A stretch of 64,000 bases of DNA, taken from the NCBI GenBank assembly GCA_902610845.1, contig CACLXJ010000002.1, positions 18,767-82,766 of the forward strand, given 5' to 3'. Source of the stretch: an uncultured Alphaproteobacteria bacterium (lineage in GTDB: Bacteria; Pseudomonadota; Alphaproteobacteria; HIMB59; GCA-002718135). The notes under the pieces are model-generated. The model had not been told where the DNA came from, made no database searches, and was given only the letters and a program-made list of their open reading frames with translations. Each line of letters starts with the position of its first letter. The stretch's first letter is position 1. The position numbers and the translations under genes are program-made. Below, in pieces: positions 54,232 through 64,000 of the stretch.

Positions 54232-55223
54232 TATCCACCTGTTACGTTCATGTGTCTTTTCATATATTTATTAATCTTTGCTCCAATCATAAAATCATGT
54301 TGTTTTGGTTTAATATTAAGAGCAAACTTAATTTTTTCTTTTATATAATCATCACTATAATCTTTTCTCATTATATCTCTAAAATCAACAAAGTCATTCT
54401 GACCAAGGCACATAAAAAGTTTACCAGTGCTTGATATTCTTACCCTATTGCAGGAGGCACAAAAATTATTTGTTAAAGGACTTATGAACCCAATTTTATT
54501 AGATACTAAATCACTAGTATAAAATGTAGCTGGACCTCCGGTACTGTAATCAATTTTAGAAAATTTATATATTTTGTCTAGTTTTGCAAAAGTATCAGAT
54601 AGTGAGATAAACTGATATTCTCTCGATATATCAGTTTCTTCCATTGGCATTACTTCAATAAATGTAAGATCAATTTTTTTATTACTAGTCCAATTAATTA
54701 ATTCTTCAATTTCATTCTCATTAAAATCTTTAATTACTACAGTATTAATTTTAATTTTTATATTGGCATCTAGTGCTTCATTAATTCCATCAAATACTTT
54801 TTCAATATTTCCAAATCTTGTTATTTTATTGTATTTTTCAGGGTTAATTGTATCTAGAGAAACATTAATCCTATTAACACCATTTAGTTTAAGTTGTTTT
54901 GCATATTTTTTTAATAGCGTACCATTTGTTGTGAGTGTAATCTCTTTTAGATTTGTTTTCTCTTTTTTATTGTTAATTTTTTCGATTAATTTTATAATAT
55001 CATTTCTTACCAAAGGCTCACCCCCGGTTAATCTAATTTTTTCAACTCCGAGTTCTATAAAGTTGTCACACAATCTTTCAATCTCTTCTAAAGTCAGTAT
55101 GTCTTTTCGTGGAAGAAATTGCATTTTTTCTTTCATACAATAAACACATCTCAAATCGCATCTATCTGTAACAGATACTCTTAGGTAATTTACTTTTCTT
55201 AAATACTGATCAATTAGTTGCAT
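54231..55223 (-). CDS. moaA: GTP 3',8-cyclase (radical SAM, molybdenum cofactor biosynthesis)
   Basis: 330 aa. CDLRCVYC radical-SAM cluster motif, C-terminal Cys motif CASCNRVR and terminal GG. Confidence 0.9.
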   Translation of the reverse strand: MQLIDQYLRKVNYLRVSVTDRCDLRCVYCMKEKMQFLPRKDILTLEEIERLCDNFIELGVEKIRLTGGEPLVRNDIIKLIEKINNKKEKTNLKEITLTTNGTLLKKYAKQLKLNGVNRINVSLDTINPEKYNKITRFGNIEKVFDGINEALDANIKIKINTVVIKDFNENEIEELINWTSNKKIDLTFIEVMPMEETDISREYQFISLSDTFAKLDKIYKFSKIDYSTGGPATFYTSDLVSNKIGFISPLTNNFCASCNRVRISSTGKLFMCLGQNDFVDFRDIMRKDYSDDYIKEKIKFALNIKPKQHDFMIGAKINKYMKRHMNVTGG

Positions 55224-55407
55224 TTATATTTATTATTTTTAATTCAACTTCTTTAGGGTTAATAGTTTTTTTTCCAACATTTTCAAAATTTATTGTAACG
55301 ATATTGTTAATACATGACTGGACTTGACCAATTCCCCATTCTTTTTCTTTGCTAACATTTACAACAAAAGTACCTGGTGTAAGATCACCTATATAAAAAT
55401 CTGACAT
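55210..55407 (-). CDS. Small conserved-looking hypothetical protein (65 aa, possibly DUF3553-like)
   Basis: GTFVVNVSKEKEWGIGQVQS...VTINFENVGKKTI pattern. Overlaps the moaA start by 14 nt. Confidence 0.45.
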   Translation of the reverse strand: MSDFYIGDLTPGTFVVNVSKEKEWGIGQVQSCINNIVTINFENVGKKTINPKEVELKIININATN

Positions 55408-55418
55408 TTAAAATAAAA

Positions 55419-55826
55419 TTAGCTTATTCTTTTTTCTGCTTTTTCATGCATTTCTTGAGCTTCTAAACTCAATGTTGCAACTGGTCTTGCTTCTAATCTT
55501 TTGATACTTATTGGATCGCCTGTTTCATCACAATACCCATAAGAACCATCTTCAATTCTTTGAAGGGCAGCATCAATTTTATTAATTAGCTTTCTTTCTC
55601 TATCTCTAGTTCTAAGTTCGAAAGATCTATCTATTTCCTCAGAAGCTCTATCAGTTATGTCGGGTTTTGCTTCATTCTCATTCTGAAGATTATTTAAAGT
55701 TTGAGATGACTCCTTGAGTAAATCTTGTTTCCAACTTACTAATTTTTGCCTAAAATATTCTTTCATTTTGGCATTCATGAATTTTTCTTTCTGAGTTGGT
55801 TTATAATTTTTAGGTAATTTATTCAT
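55419..55826 (-). CDS. dksA: RNA polymerase-binding transcription factor DksA (variant with a single Cys instead of the four-Cys zinc finger)
   Basis: Start taken at MNKLPKNYKP. Coiled-coil tip DITDRAS. C-terminal GYCDETGDPISIKRLEARPVATLSLEAQ aligns with E. coli [28 protein letters not shown] but keeps only 1 of the 4 Cys. Confidence 0.85.
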   Translation of the reverse strand: MNKLPKNYKPTQKEKFMNAKMKEYFRQKLVSWKQDLLKESSQTLNNLQNENEAKPDITDRASEEIDRSFELRTRDRERKLINKIDAALQRIEDGSYGYCDETGDPISIKRLEARPVATLSLEAQEMHEKAEKRIS

Positions 55827-55940
55827 AATTTTAAAAAGTAGCTGATTTATCAAATGATTTTATTTATTCAAGCAATATTGAAATTTTATTAATTATAAAT
55901 AATTCATATTTTTCAATATTTTAATCAAATTTTCATAAAA

Positions 55941-55981
55941 GAACAAAAATAGAACTTTTAAAAATAGAACAAAACGTGTAC
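55941..55981. promoter_or_regulatory. Candidate alphaproteobacterial-type LexA (SOS) boxes upstream of recA
   Basis: GAACAAAAATAGAAC (GAAC-N7-GAAC, 55941-55955) and GAACAAAACGTGTAC (GAAC-N7-GTAC, 55967-55981), 60-100 nt upstream of the recA ATG. Confidence 0.45.
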
Positions 55982-56040
55982 AAGTAAACATGATTTGCAA
56001 GAATCTTAATAAAAACATAGGAAATTAATGGAGAAATGAA

Positions 56041-57153
56041 ATGTCTCAAGCTAAATTAAAAGTAGTAAATAACGAAAATTCAATGGATAAAGAAAACAGA
56101 AGTAAATCTCTAGAAGCCGCTGTAAGCCTAATTGAGAAAAATTATGGAAAAGGCTCAATAATGAAGTTGGGCTCTAAAACAAACGTAGATATAGAGTCTA
56201 TATCCACCGGTTCATTAGGACTTGATATAGCTCTCGGAATTGGTGGAGTTCCAAAAGGAAGAATTGTTGAAATTTATGGACCAGAAAGTTCTGGAAAAAC
56301 TACTTTAGCTACTCATATCGTTGCAGAATCACAAAAACAAGGTGGTAATTGTGCATTTATAGATGCAGAGCATGCTTTAGATCCAGCATATGCAAAGAAA
56401 TTGGGTGTAAATCTAGAAGAGTTATTAATTTCCCAGCCTGATACAGGGGAACAAGGTTTAGAAATAGCTGATTCGTTGATAAAATCTGGAGGTATTGATG
56501 TGCTAGTTATTGACTCAGTTGCTGCACTTGTGCCAAGAGCTGAACTAGAAGGCGATATGGGAGATTCGTTACCTGGCTTACAAGCAAGATTGATGAGTCA
56601 GGCTTTAAGAAAACTCACAAGTTCTATAGCTCAATCAAATACTCTAGTTGTATTCATAAATCAACTTAGAATGAAAATTGGCGTTATGTTTGGTAGTCCT
56701 GAGACAACTACAGGTGGTAATGCTTTAAAATTTTATTCTTCAGTAAGAATGGATATTAGAAGAATTGGCGCAATAAAAGATAAAGATGAAATCATTGGAA
56801 ACCAAACTAGAGTAAAAATAGTTAAAAATAAAGTTGCACCTCCATTCAAAGTTGTTGAATTTGATATAATGTATGGAGAGGGGATATCTAAATTAGGTGA
56901 ATTAGTTGATTTAGGTGTTAAAGCAGAAATCATTGATAAATCAGGATCATGGTTTGCCTATAAAAATACTAAAATAGGACAAGGTAGAGAAAACGTTAAA
57001 AACTTTCTTAACGATAATCCTACTATAGCAAAAGAGATTGAAAATCAGATTTTGCAAAATGCCGGAATAGTTGAAAAAGCTATGATGGAAGGAAAAGTAG
57101 AGAATAAAGAAAAAGAAAAAGAATCTAAAGAAGCTGAAGAAATAAAAGAATAG
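56041..57153 (+). CDS. recA: Recombinase RecA
   Basis: 370 aa. Walker [27 protein letters not shown], plus a Lys/Glu-rich C-terminal tail. Confidence 0.97.
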   Translation: MSQAKLKVVNNENSMDKENRSKSLEAAVSLIEKNYGKGSIMKLGSKTNVDIESISTGSLGLDIALGIGGVPKGRIVEIYGPESSGKTTLATHIVAESQKQGGNCAFIDAEHALDPAYAKKLGVNLEELLISQPDTGEQGLEIADSLIKSGGIDVLVIDSVAALVPRAELEGDMGDSLPGLQARLMSQALRKLTSSIAQSNTLVVFINQLRMKIGVMFGSPETTTGGNALKFYSSVRMDIRRIGAIKDKDEIIGNQTRVKIVKNKVAPPFKVVEFDIMYGEGISKLGELVDLGVKAEIIDKSGSWFAYKNTKIGQGRENVKNFLNDNPTIAKEIENQILQNAGIVEKAMMEGKVENKEKEKESKEAEEIKE

Positions 57154-57171
57154 TAAATATTATTTTTGTCT

Positions 57172-57200
57172 GGCGCCTATTTAATAATGGGCGCTTTTTT
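57172..57200 (+). terminator. Rho-independent terminator after recA
   Basis: GC-rich stem GGCGCC...GGGCGC (core GCGCC/GGCGC) with an approximately 10-nt AT loop, followed by TTTTTT. Confidence 0.6.
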
Positions 57201-57238
57201 ATTTAGACATTAGAGTTTTCAAGTTATAATACCTTTTA

Positions 57239-59911
57239 ATGAATTCAAATCAGATTAGGTCAACATTTCTTAATTATTTTAAAAAAAATGGGCATGAGAT
57301 TATTCATTCAAGCTCTCTAGTACCAGATAATGATCCTACTCTAATGTTCGCTAACTCTGGAATGGTTCAATTTAAAAATATTTTTACAGGTAAAGAGACA
57401 AGAGATTATAAAAGAGCAACTACTGCTCAAAAGTGTGTAAGAGCAGGCGGTAAGCACAATGATTTAGAAAATGTAGGATACACGACAAGACACCATACTT
57501 TTTTTGAAATGTTAGGCAATTTTTCTTTTGGAGATTATTTTAAAGAACTAGCTATAGAACTAGCTTGGAATCTAATAACCAAAGAATATTCAATAAATAA
57601 AGATAGATTATTAGTAACTGTTTATTCTGATGATCAGGAAGCTTTTGATTTATGGAAAAAAATAGCTGGTTTGTCTGAAAATAAAATTATTAAAATAAGT
57701 ACATCTGATAATTTTTGGTCAATGGGTGAAACCGGTCCTTGTGGTCCATGCTCTGAAGTATTTTATGATCACGGTGATAAATACGAAGGAGGTCCTCCAG
57801 GTTCTCCAAATGAAGATGGTGATAGATTTATTGAAATATGGAATTTAGTATTTATGCAATATGAGCAGATATCTAAATCTGAGAGAATAAATTTACCAAA
57901 ACCCTCCATTGATACTGGAATGGGATTAGAGAGAATGACAGCTCTTCTAGATGGTTCTAATGATAATTATTCAACAGATTTATTTCAACCGATTATAAAT
58001 GAATCAACAAAACTTTGCGGCGATGAAAGTTCAATAACAAATCCTAGTCACAGAGTAATTGCAGATCACTTAAAATCTTCCTCTTTTTTAATTGCTGATG
58101 GAGTCATGCCTTCAAATGAAGGTAGAGGATACGTCTTACGAAGAATAATGAGAAGGGGAATGCGACACGCTCATTCTTTAGGCAATAAAGAGCCTGTATT
58201 TTATAAGCTATTCCCTATTTTTTTAGATGGAATTAAAAATTCATATCCTGAATTAGATAGAGCAAAAGATCTCATTACTAATACATTAATGAATGAAGAA
58301 ATTAAATTCAAGGAAACTGTTGAAAAAGGAATAAAAATTTTAGATGAGGAAATTTCTAACTCAACAAATATATTTAATGGAGAAGTAGCATTTAAATTAT
58401 ACGATACCTATGGATTTCCATTAGATCTAACACAAGATTATTTGAAAAATAAAAATATTGAAGTCGATATAAAAACATTTGAGCAAAAAATGTTAAATCA
58501 AAAGGAAAGAGCGAGACAAAGCTGGAAAGGTACAGGAGACATCGAGGATGAAGGCATTTGGTTTGAAATAACTTCTAAAATAGAGCCAACAGAATTTTTA
58601 GGATATTCTGATATGGAAGCTGATTGTAATATAATTTCAATCATATCAGAAAGTAAGTCAGTAGATAAAATAAAAAAAGATCAAGAAGCAATTATAATAT
58701 TAAATCAAACACCTTTTTATGGAGAAAGTGGTGGTCAGGTGGGAGATCAGGGTTTTTTTGAAAATGATAACTTTAAGTTTGAAGTTATGAATACTACAAA
58801 AATATTTGGAAACTATTTTCTTCACAAAGGTAAAGTAATTAGTGGTGAATGCAAAATTGAAGATACCATTAAAGCAAGCATTAATATAGTGAATAGAGAT
58901 TTTATTAAATATAATCATTCTTCAACTCATTTATTACATGCTGCTCTAAGAAAAATACTAGGTAAGCATGTCACGCAGAAGGGTTCACTTGTAAATTCAG
59001 AAAAACTTAGATTTGATTTTAGTCACAATAATCCAATTGAAAAAGATCAACTCATAAATGTAGAAGAAATTATAAATGATCAAATTCAAAAAAATGGAAT
59101 TGTTGAAATTAAAATTGTTGATCAAAAAAAAGCTATTGAAGAAGGTGCGATGGCATTATTTGGAGAAAAATATAGCGATGAAGTAAGAGTAGTAACAATG
59201 GGTCAAGACAATGAATCATTTTTTTCAAAAGAATTATGTGGAGGAACTCATGTTGTTAAATTAGGGGAAATAAGTAAATTTAAAATAACTAATCAATCTA
59301 GTGTTGCGTCCGGAATTAGAAGAATAGAGGCTGTATCAAATGTTGCAGTAGATAAATATATTAAAGAAATAGAAATAAATTTATTAGAAAAAAATAAAAA
59401 CCAAGATAATCAAATTGAAGATTTAAAGAATAAAATTAAAAAGATTAATACTGATTATAATTTTAAAAATCAATCTGAAGACAAAGGTTTATTAATTAAA
59501 GAATTAATTCAGATACACGAAAAATTAAAACAAAATATCTCTATATCAAAAAATATTGATAATATTGTTGTAAAAAAAATCAAAGAATTAAATTTTATAT
59601 ACTTGATTGCTAAAGACTACCCTAATAAATCTTTGAAAACATTCATTGATGAGCAAAAAAAACAATATAATAAAAATAGTGTTTCATTAATAATTTCAAA
59701 TAATGAAAACAAACTATCTATAGTGCTAGGAGTTACAGAAGATATCACAGATCTTTTCGATGCTTCAAAAGAAATAAGAGAAATCTCGATTATTCTAGGT
59801 GGAAAGGGCGGTGGTGGCAGAAAAGATCTTGCTCAAGGAGGAGGATCAGATGTAAATCAAATTAATGAAAGTATAAAATACGTAGAAAATAAATTAAATT
59901 CTATTAGTTAA
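57239..59911 (+). CDS. alaS: Alanyl-tRNA synthetase
   Basis: 890 aa. [31 protein letters not shown], editing-domain HSSTHLLH and CGGTH. Confidence 0.95.
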   Translation: MNSNQIRSTFLNYFKKNGHEIIHSSSLVPDNDPTLMFANSGMVQFKNIFTGKETRDYKRATTAQKCVRAGGKHNDLENVGYTTRHHTFFEMLGNFSFGDYFKELAIELAWNLITKEYSINKDRLLVTVYSDDQEAFDLWKKIAGLSENKIIKISTSDNFWSMGETGPCGPCSEVFYDHGDKYEGGPPGSPNEDGDRFIEIWNLVFMQYEQISKSERINLPKPSIDTGMGLERMTALLDGSNDNYSTDLFQPIINESTKLCGDESSITNPSHRVIADHLKSSSFLIADGVMPSNEGRGYVLRRIMRRGMRHAHSLGNKEPVFYKLFPIFLDGIKNSYPELDRAKDLITNTLMNEEIKFKETVEKGIKILDEEISNSTNIFNGEVAFKLYDTYGFPLDLTQDYLKNKNIEVDIKTFEQKMLNQKERARQSWKGTGDIEDEGIWFEITSKIEPTEFLGYSDMEADCNIISIISESKSVDKIKKDQEAIIILNQTPFYGESGGQVGDQGFFENDNFKFEVMNTTKIFGNYFLHKGKVISGECKIEDTIKASINIVNRDFIKYNHSSTHLLHAALRKILGKHVTQKGSLVNSEKLRFDFSHNNPIEKDQLINVEEIINDQIQKNGIVEIKIVDQKKAIEEGAMALFGEKYSDEVRVVTMGQDNESFFSKELCGGTHVVKLGEISKFKITNQSSVASGIRRIEAVSNVAVDKYIKEIEINLLEKNKNQDNQIEDLKNKIKKINTDYNFKNQSEDKGLLIKELIQIHEKLKQNISISKNIDNIVVKKIKELNFIYLIAKDYPNKSLKTFIDEQKKQYNKNSVSLIISNNENKLSIVLGVTEDITDLFDASKEIREISIILGGKGGGGRKDLAQGGGSDVNQINESIKYVENKLNSIS

Positions 59912-61112
59912 TTTGAAAATTATTTTTTATTGCGCTTAAAAAATCTTGAGTGTTTAACCATTTCTGATCTTTATTAATTAATATTGCTAAATCTTTTGTC
60001 ATTTCACCACTTTCTACAGTTTTAATACACGTTTCTTCCAATTTTTTAGCAAAATTTATTAATTCGTTATTACCATCATATTCTCCTCTAAAACTTAAAC
60101 CCCTTGTCCAAGCAAAAATTGATGCAATTGGATTAGTTGAAGTTTCTATACCTTTCTGATGATTTCTATAATGTCTTGTAACAGTGCCATGTGCAGCTTC
60201 AGCCTCTACTGTTTTACCATCTGGGGTCATTAACACACTTGTCATTAAACCTAGTGATCCAAATCCTTGAGCTACAGAATCTGATTGAACATCTCCATCA
60301 TAATTTTTACAAGCCCAAATAAAATTACCTTCCCATTTTAATGCTGAGGCCACCATATCATCGATTAATCTGTGTTCATAAACTATATCTTTTTCTTTAA
60401 ACTTATTTTTAAATTCTGTATCAAATACATCCTGAAATAAATCTTTAAATCTTCCATCATAGATTTTTAAAATAGTATTTTTAGTAGAAAGGTAAACTGG
60501 CCAACCAAGGTTAAGTCCATAATTAAAACAAGCTCTAGCAAAGTCTTTAATTGAATTATCTAAATTATACATTGATAGGGCTACACCAGATTTTTCAAAT
60601 TCAAATACATCTTTTGTAAATCCTTCAGATCCATCTTTAGGTTCAAAAACCATTTTAAGTGTTCCTGGTTTATTAATTAATGTGTCAGTTGCTCTATATT
60701 GATCACCAAAGGCATGTCTAGCAACTACAATTGGATGGTTCCAGTTTGTGATTATTCTTGGAACATTCTTGCATATAATTGGCTGTCTAAATATAGTTCC
60801 TCCTAGTATATTTCTTATTGTTCCATTCGGAGAACGCCACATTTGTTTTAATTTGAATTCCTCTACTCGATTTTCATCAGGAGTAATTGTTGCACATTTT
60901 ATTCCTACACCATATTTTTTTACCGCCTCGGCAGCATCTATTGTAATTTGATCATTTGTTTCATCTCTTTTAATCACTCCAAGATCAAAATATTTAATAT
61001 CTATATCAAGATAGGGCAAAATTAATTGCTCTTTGATGTACTCCCAGATGATTCTGGTCATTTCATCTCCATCCATCTCAACTACAGGGTTTTTAACTTT
61101 TATTTTTGCCAT
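59904..61112 (-). CDS. icd: NADP-dependent isocitrate dehydrogenase (eukaryote-like homodimeric subfamily)
   Basis: 402 aa. [24 protein letters not shown]-terminus, [23 protein letters not shown]. Confidence 0.92.
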   Translation of the reverse strand: MAKIKVKNPVVEMDGDEMTRIIWEYIKEQLILPYLDIDIKYFDLGVIKRDETNDQITIDAAEAVKKYGVGIKCATITPDENRVEEFKLKQMWRSPNGTIRNILGGTIFRQPIICKNVPRIITNWNHPIVVARHAFGDQYRATDTLINKPGTLKMVFEPKDGSEGFTKDVFEFEKSGVALSMYNLDNSIKDFARACFNYGLNLGWPVYLSTKNTILKIYDGRFKDLFQDVFDTEFKNKFKEKDIVYEHRLIDDMVASALKWEGNFIWACKNYDGDVQSDSVAQGFGSLGLMTSVLMTPDGKTVEAEAAHGTVTRHYRNHQKGIETSTNPIASIFAWTRGLSFRGEYDGNNELINFAKKLEETCIKTVESGEMTKDLAILINKDQKWLNTQDFLSAIKNNFQIN

Positions 61113-61651
61113 TTAATTAATATATTTTTTAATTGATCAACTGTATCTATAATGTGAAAACTATTTTGTAAATTTTTATTTGAAAATTTTTCATCTTCAA
61201 AAAATTTAAATTGTTGAAATAGATTATCCCAAAAATTATTTTTATTAAAAAATATTATAGACTTATTATGAAGCCCCATTATTTTCCAAGATAAAACTTC
61301 TACAATTTCTTCTAAAGTTCCTGTTCCTCCTGGTAATGCTAAATACGCATCACCTAACTCAAAGAGTAATTTTTTTCTTTCAGACATATTATCCACTACT
61401 TTTAACTCATCTATATTTTCTAAAATTATCTCTCTCTCAGATAAAAAATTAGGAATTACTCCAATAACTCTATTTTTATATTTTTTTGCTGTCTTAGCAA
61501 CCACACCCATAATACCAACTTTTGCTCCACCATAGACTATATTTATTTTAAATGATGATATTAATTTGCTAATTTCTTCAGCATCTTGATAATATTTATT
61601 ACTTAATTTATCTGAAGATGAACAATAGATAGTAATTGATTTAATTGTCAT
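61100..61651 (-). CDS. LOG family protein (TIGR00730; nucleotide 5'-monophosphate nucleosidase / cytokinin riboside phosphoribohydrolase-like)
   Basis: 183 aa. GGAKVGIMG and PGGTGTLEE motifs. Overlaps the icd start by 13 nt. Confidence 0.85.
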   Translation of the reverse strand: MTIKSITIYCSSSDKLSNKYYQDAEEISKLISSFKINIVYGGAKVGIMGVVAKTAKKYKNRVIGVIPNFLSEREIILENIDELKVVDNMSERKKLLFELGDAYLALPGGTGTLEEIVEVLSWKIMGLHNKSIIFFNKNNFWDNLFQQFKFFEDEKFSNKNLQNSFHIIDTVDQLKNILIKWQK

Positions 61652-61678
61652 AGATTTAAAAGTTTATTTAAAAAAAAT

Positions 61679-64000
61679 TTAATTAGAAATTTTTTTCTTA
61701 TACCAATTCTTCATGTTTTCTCTAAACATTAAAGCAGATGGTGTAACAACTAATGTAAGAAAAGTTGCAAAGAGAAGTCCAAATACTATAGCTGTTGATA
61801 ATTGAACCCACCACTGAGTATCAGGTGACCCTCTTGTTATTTCTCTAGATATAAAGTCAACATTTGTCATTGTTACCATAGGTAATAAACCTAGTACTGT
61901 TGTAGTTGTTGTAAGTAAAACTGGTCTCAGTCTCTGTGCTCCTGTTTTGATAATAGCCTCTCTAATATTTGATGTTTTAGTCTTTAAAAAATCAAATGTA
62001 TCAATCAATATAATATTGTTATTCACAACTATTCCGGCTAAAGCAATAACTCCAACTCCTGACATAACAATACCAAATGGCTGTGCTGTTACAATTAAAC
62101 CTATAAATACACCAGCTGTGGACATTACTACTGCAAAAAGAATTAAGAATGCACTATAAAAGCTATTAAATTGCAAAAGAAGTATCATTAGCATTAAAAA
62201 CAAAGCTACACCAAAAGCTCCTGTTAAAAACTCTTGAGCTTCTTTTTGGTCTTCATTTTCTCCAATAAGTTCTGCCCTCACTTTATTGTTTATTTCATAA
62301 CGTGGTAAATCTAATGTTCTTCCTCTCCAAGACGGGGCAGTGTCTGAAATTCCTAATACGTACTCAAGTTCTTTTACTTTTCCATCCGGATAAGTTCCAG
62401 GCTCTACATCTGCTTGAATATTTATAGCATTTTTTGAGTCTACTCTAATTATATTTCCTGTTCTACTATTTGGAACAATTTCCACAAAATTGGATATTGG
62501 AACTAAGCCATTTGAAGTAGTTACTCTTAAGTTATCAATTCTATCTAATGTTCTTCCTTCGTTTGGATAACGCAGATAAAGTGGTATACTTTCATTACTA
62601 TCATCTGGCCTATATTCGCCAAGTTTAAGACCGTTTGTTGCAAGTTTAATCACATTACCAATTGATGTAATGTTAGCTCCAAATTTAGATGCTTGTTTTC
62701 TATCTACATTAATTTCCCATTCAATCCCAGGTGCTGGTAAATTATCTTCAACATTCATTAATTTTGGATAACTATCCATAAATTTTTTAAGCTTAATTCC
62801 TTCAGCAATTAAAAGTTGTTTGTTATCACCGGTTAATTTAATATTAATTGGCTTACCTTCACCAGGACCACCTTGTTGTTCTCTTGATTCTACTTTGATT
62901 CCATTTATACTTTTTGTGGCTTCCAAAATTTCTGCTAGAATTATTTTTGATTTTCTTCTTTTATCCCAATCTGTATATTCCAAACTTATTGATCCTATAA
63001 AGTCTTCTGATGACTCTGATTGTTCACTTACATTTCCACTTAAAGAATAAATATTTTTAAATTCCTGTCTTTCCGATTGAAGCTTTAAAATAATATTCTC
63101 AACTCTTGATACATAACCTTTTTTTTCTTCAACAGAGAGATTACCTCTCGCAAAAACTACGATTTTTGCAAGATCTGGCTCAACATCTGGGAAAAATTCT
63201 ACACCTTCTCCAACTTGAGTATAGGTGTAGTTTACAGCAATTAATATTACCAAAGCACTAATCATCACCTTCAAAGGATGAAATAATAAGAAGTTTAATA
63301 TTTTTGCATAAAATCCAACAAAACCAGTTACGTTTAAAACAGGTTCATTTGATTCTGAAGATAAGATTTTTGCATTTTTAGAAACTAATTTATCTGTAGA
63401 GTTTACATTTTCTGAAATTTTATAAACCCTTGGTATAATTCTTATAAATACGAATATAAATAAAGCAAAGCATAGTGAATATTTTCCAATTGTTATAAAT
63501 ATACTAAATCCTTGAAGGTTTAATAATCCAAATCCATAAGATAACAGATTGTAAAAAATTAATGATATTAGTAATGGTACAATAAATTGTAGAAGTATTC
63601 TTGATACGGTATTTAGAATAGATCCTAAAACTGGGACAAACAGTAGTGCCATAAACAAAGAAGAAATAAGCACACATATAAGTGTTATTGGTAAATATTT
63701 CATAAATTCACCAGCTATACCAGGCCAGAATATTAACGGTAAAAAGGCTGCTAGGGTAGTTGCAGTCGATGATATAATTGGTAGTGACATTTTTTTTGAT
63801 GCGTTTGCGAAAGCATCTTTTACACCAAGACCTTCTTTCATTTTTCTATCCGCATATTCCACAACAACAATTGCTCCATCGACTAATAGTCCTACAGATA
63901 AAATTAGAGCAAATAATACTACTATATTAATAGTAAAACCCATTACAGACAGAGCTAATAAACCTGATAAAAATGATCCTGGAATAGATACACCAACTAA
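61679..64000 (-). CDS. RND (AcrB/HAE1-type) efflux transporter, partial: the N-terminus lies beyond the right edge
   Basis: The frame is open to position 64000. The 754-aa ORF-track entry starts at an internal Met. It has large periplasmic loops and TM bundles typical of AcrB-family pumps. Confidence 0.9.
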   Translation of the reverse strand, partial: LVGVSIPGSFLSGLLALSVMGFTINIVVLFALILSVGLLVDGAIVVVEYADRKMKEGLGVKDAFANASKKMSLPIISSTATTLAAFLPLIFWPGIAGEFMKYLPITLICVLISSLFMALLFVPVLGSILNTVSRILLQFIVPLLISLIFYNLLSYGFGLLNLQGFSIFITIGKYSLCFALFIFVFIRIIPRVYKISENVNSTDKLVSKNAKILSSESNEPVLNVTGFVGFYAKILNFLLFHPLKVMISALVILIAVNYTYTQVGEGVEFFPDVEPDLAKIVVFARGNLSVEEKKGYVSRVENIILKLQSERQEFKNIYSLSGNVSEQSESSEDFIGSISLEYTDWDKRRKSKIILAEILEATKSINGIKVESREQQGGPGEGKPINIKLTGDNKQLLIAEGIKLKKFMDSYPKLMNVEDNLPAPGIEWEINVDRKQASKFGANITSIGNVIKLATNGLKLGEYRPDDSNESIPLYLRYPNEGRTLDRIDNLRVTTSNGLVPISNFVEIVPNSRTGNIIRVDSKNAINIQADVEPGTYPDGKVKELEYVLGISDTAPSWRGRTLDLPRYEINNKVRAELIGENEDQKEAQEFLTGAFGVALFLMLMILLLQFNSFYSAFLILFAVVMSTAGVFIGLIVTAQPFGIVMSGVGVIALAGIVVNNNIILIDTFDFLKTKTSNIREAIIKTGAQRLRPVLLTTTTTVLGLLPMVTMTNVDFISREITRGSPDTQWWVQLSTAIVFGLLFATFLTLVVTPSALMFRENMKNWYKKKISN

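Noticed and set aside
55874-55920. A 10-bp inverted repeat AATATTGAAA ... TTTCAATATT with a 27-nt AT-only loop in the dksA-recA spacer.
   Set aside because: It is purely A/T apart from one G/C pair and has a long loop. It is borderline likely to arise by chance in this composition. I mention it under the recA finding but do not call it a feature.
61679-63943. Treating the 754-aa ORF-track entry as a complete RND gene starting at 63943.
   Set aside because: The frame stays open to the window edge, and AcrB-type pumps are about 1000-1100 aa. The Met at 63943 is internal, so the CDS is reported as partial to 64000.
1-64000. A scan for CRISPR arrays, rRNA genes, insertion sequences, prophage or defence-system genes (restriction-modification, toxin-antitoxin, Cas, abortive infection).
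   Set aside because: I found no regularly spaced direct repeats, no transposase, integrase or nuclease-type ORFs, and no rRNA-like segments. Every sizeable ORF has a metabolic, transport or housekeeping assignment, or is a small hypothetical.

Overview
AT-rich (roughly 28-32% G+C by eye), extremely compact bacterial chromosome segment with about 66 protein-coding genes and one tRNA-Leu(UAA). I saw no rRNA, CRISPR array, transposase, integrase or phage genes. Most spacers are 0-60 bp, many same-strand neighbours overlap by 1-14 nt, and several convergent pairs abut or overlap at their stop codons. Gene content (GcvT/DmdA-like THF demethylases, a BHMT-type methyltransferase, several ABC binding proteins, a DksA with one Cys, GAAC-N7-GAAC boxes before recA) suggests a streamlined marine alphaproteobacterium of the SAR11/Pelagibacterales type; this is inference and cannot be verified here. 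Positions 1-39144 form a nutrient-scavenging and catabolic block. It holds two GMC-oxidoreductase/aldehyde-dehydrogenase sets, a gamma-butyrobetaine-hydroxylase-like oxygenase and a PrpD-family/hotdog-hydratase pair. It also holds a tight operon (FMN hydroxy-acid oxidase, ThDP enzyme, transthyretin-like protein, DmdA-like demethylase, OsmC, crotonase) with a second GcvT protein and a BHMT-like gene upstream. The block continues with a Tat-exported family-5 binding protein and its ABC transporter plus SDR and GMC genes, a PrpR/RamB-type regulator, a carnitine-to-glycine-betaine module, a PhnZ/TmpB-like HD protein, and a complete agmatine/putrescine uptake and catabolism set. Positions 39145-64000 are housekeeping genes: tsaC, an orphan ParA-like ATPase, glmU, class II DAHP synthase, nadE, gltX, cimA, rpsD, grxD, BolA, purB, map, tRNA-Leu, nadK, moaA, dksA, recA, alaS, icd, a LOG-family gene and a partial RND pump. 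The best candidates for something new are (1) the uncharacterised hydroxy-acid oxidase/ThDP/transthyretin-like/demethylase/OsmC/crotonase operon, and (2) the unlinked BBOX/TmpA-like oxygenase plus PhnZ/TmpB-like HD protein next to glycine-betaine-producing genes. Also notable are (3) two frameshifted genes (essential purB at an A8 run; an enone-reductase-type gene at a TA repeat), and (4) repeated TTTGTAAA-type elements before the PrpR/RamB-like regulator. Smaller items are a likely ATT start codon behind a canonical SD, perfect hairpins after both binding-protein genes, and candidate SOS boxes. All functional calls rest on motif and length recognition by eye; no searches were run.
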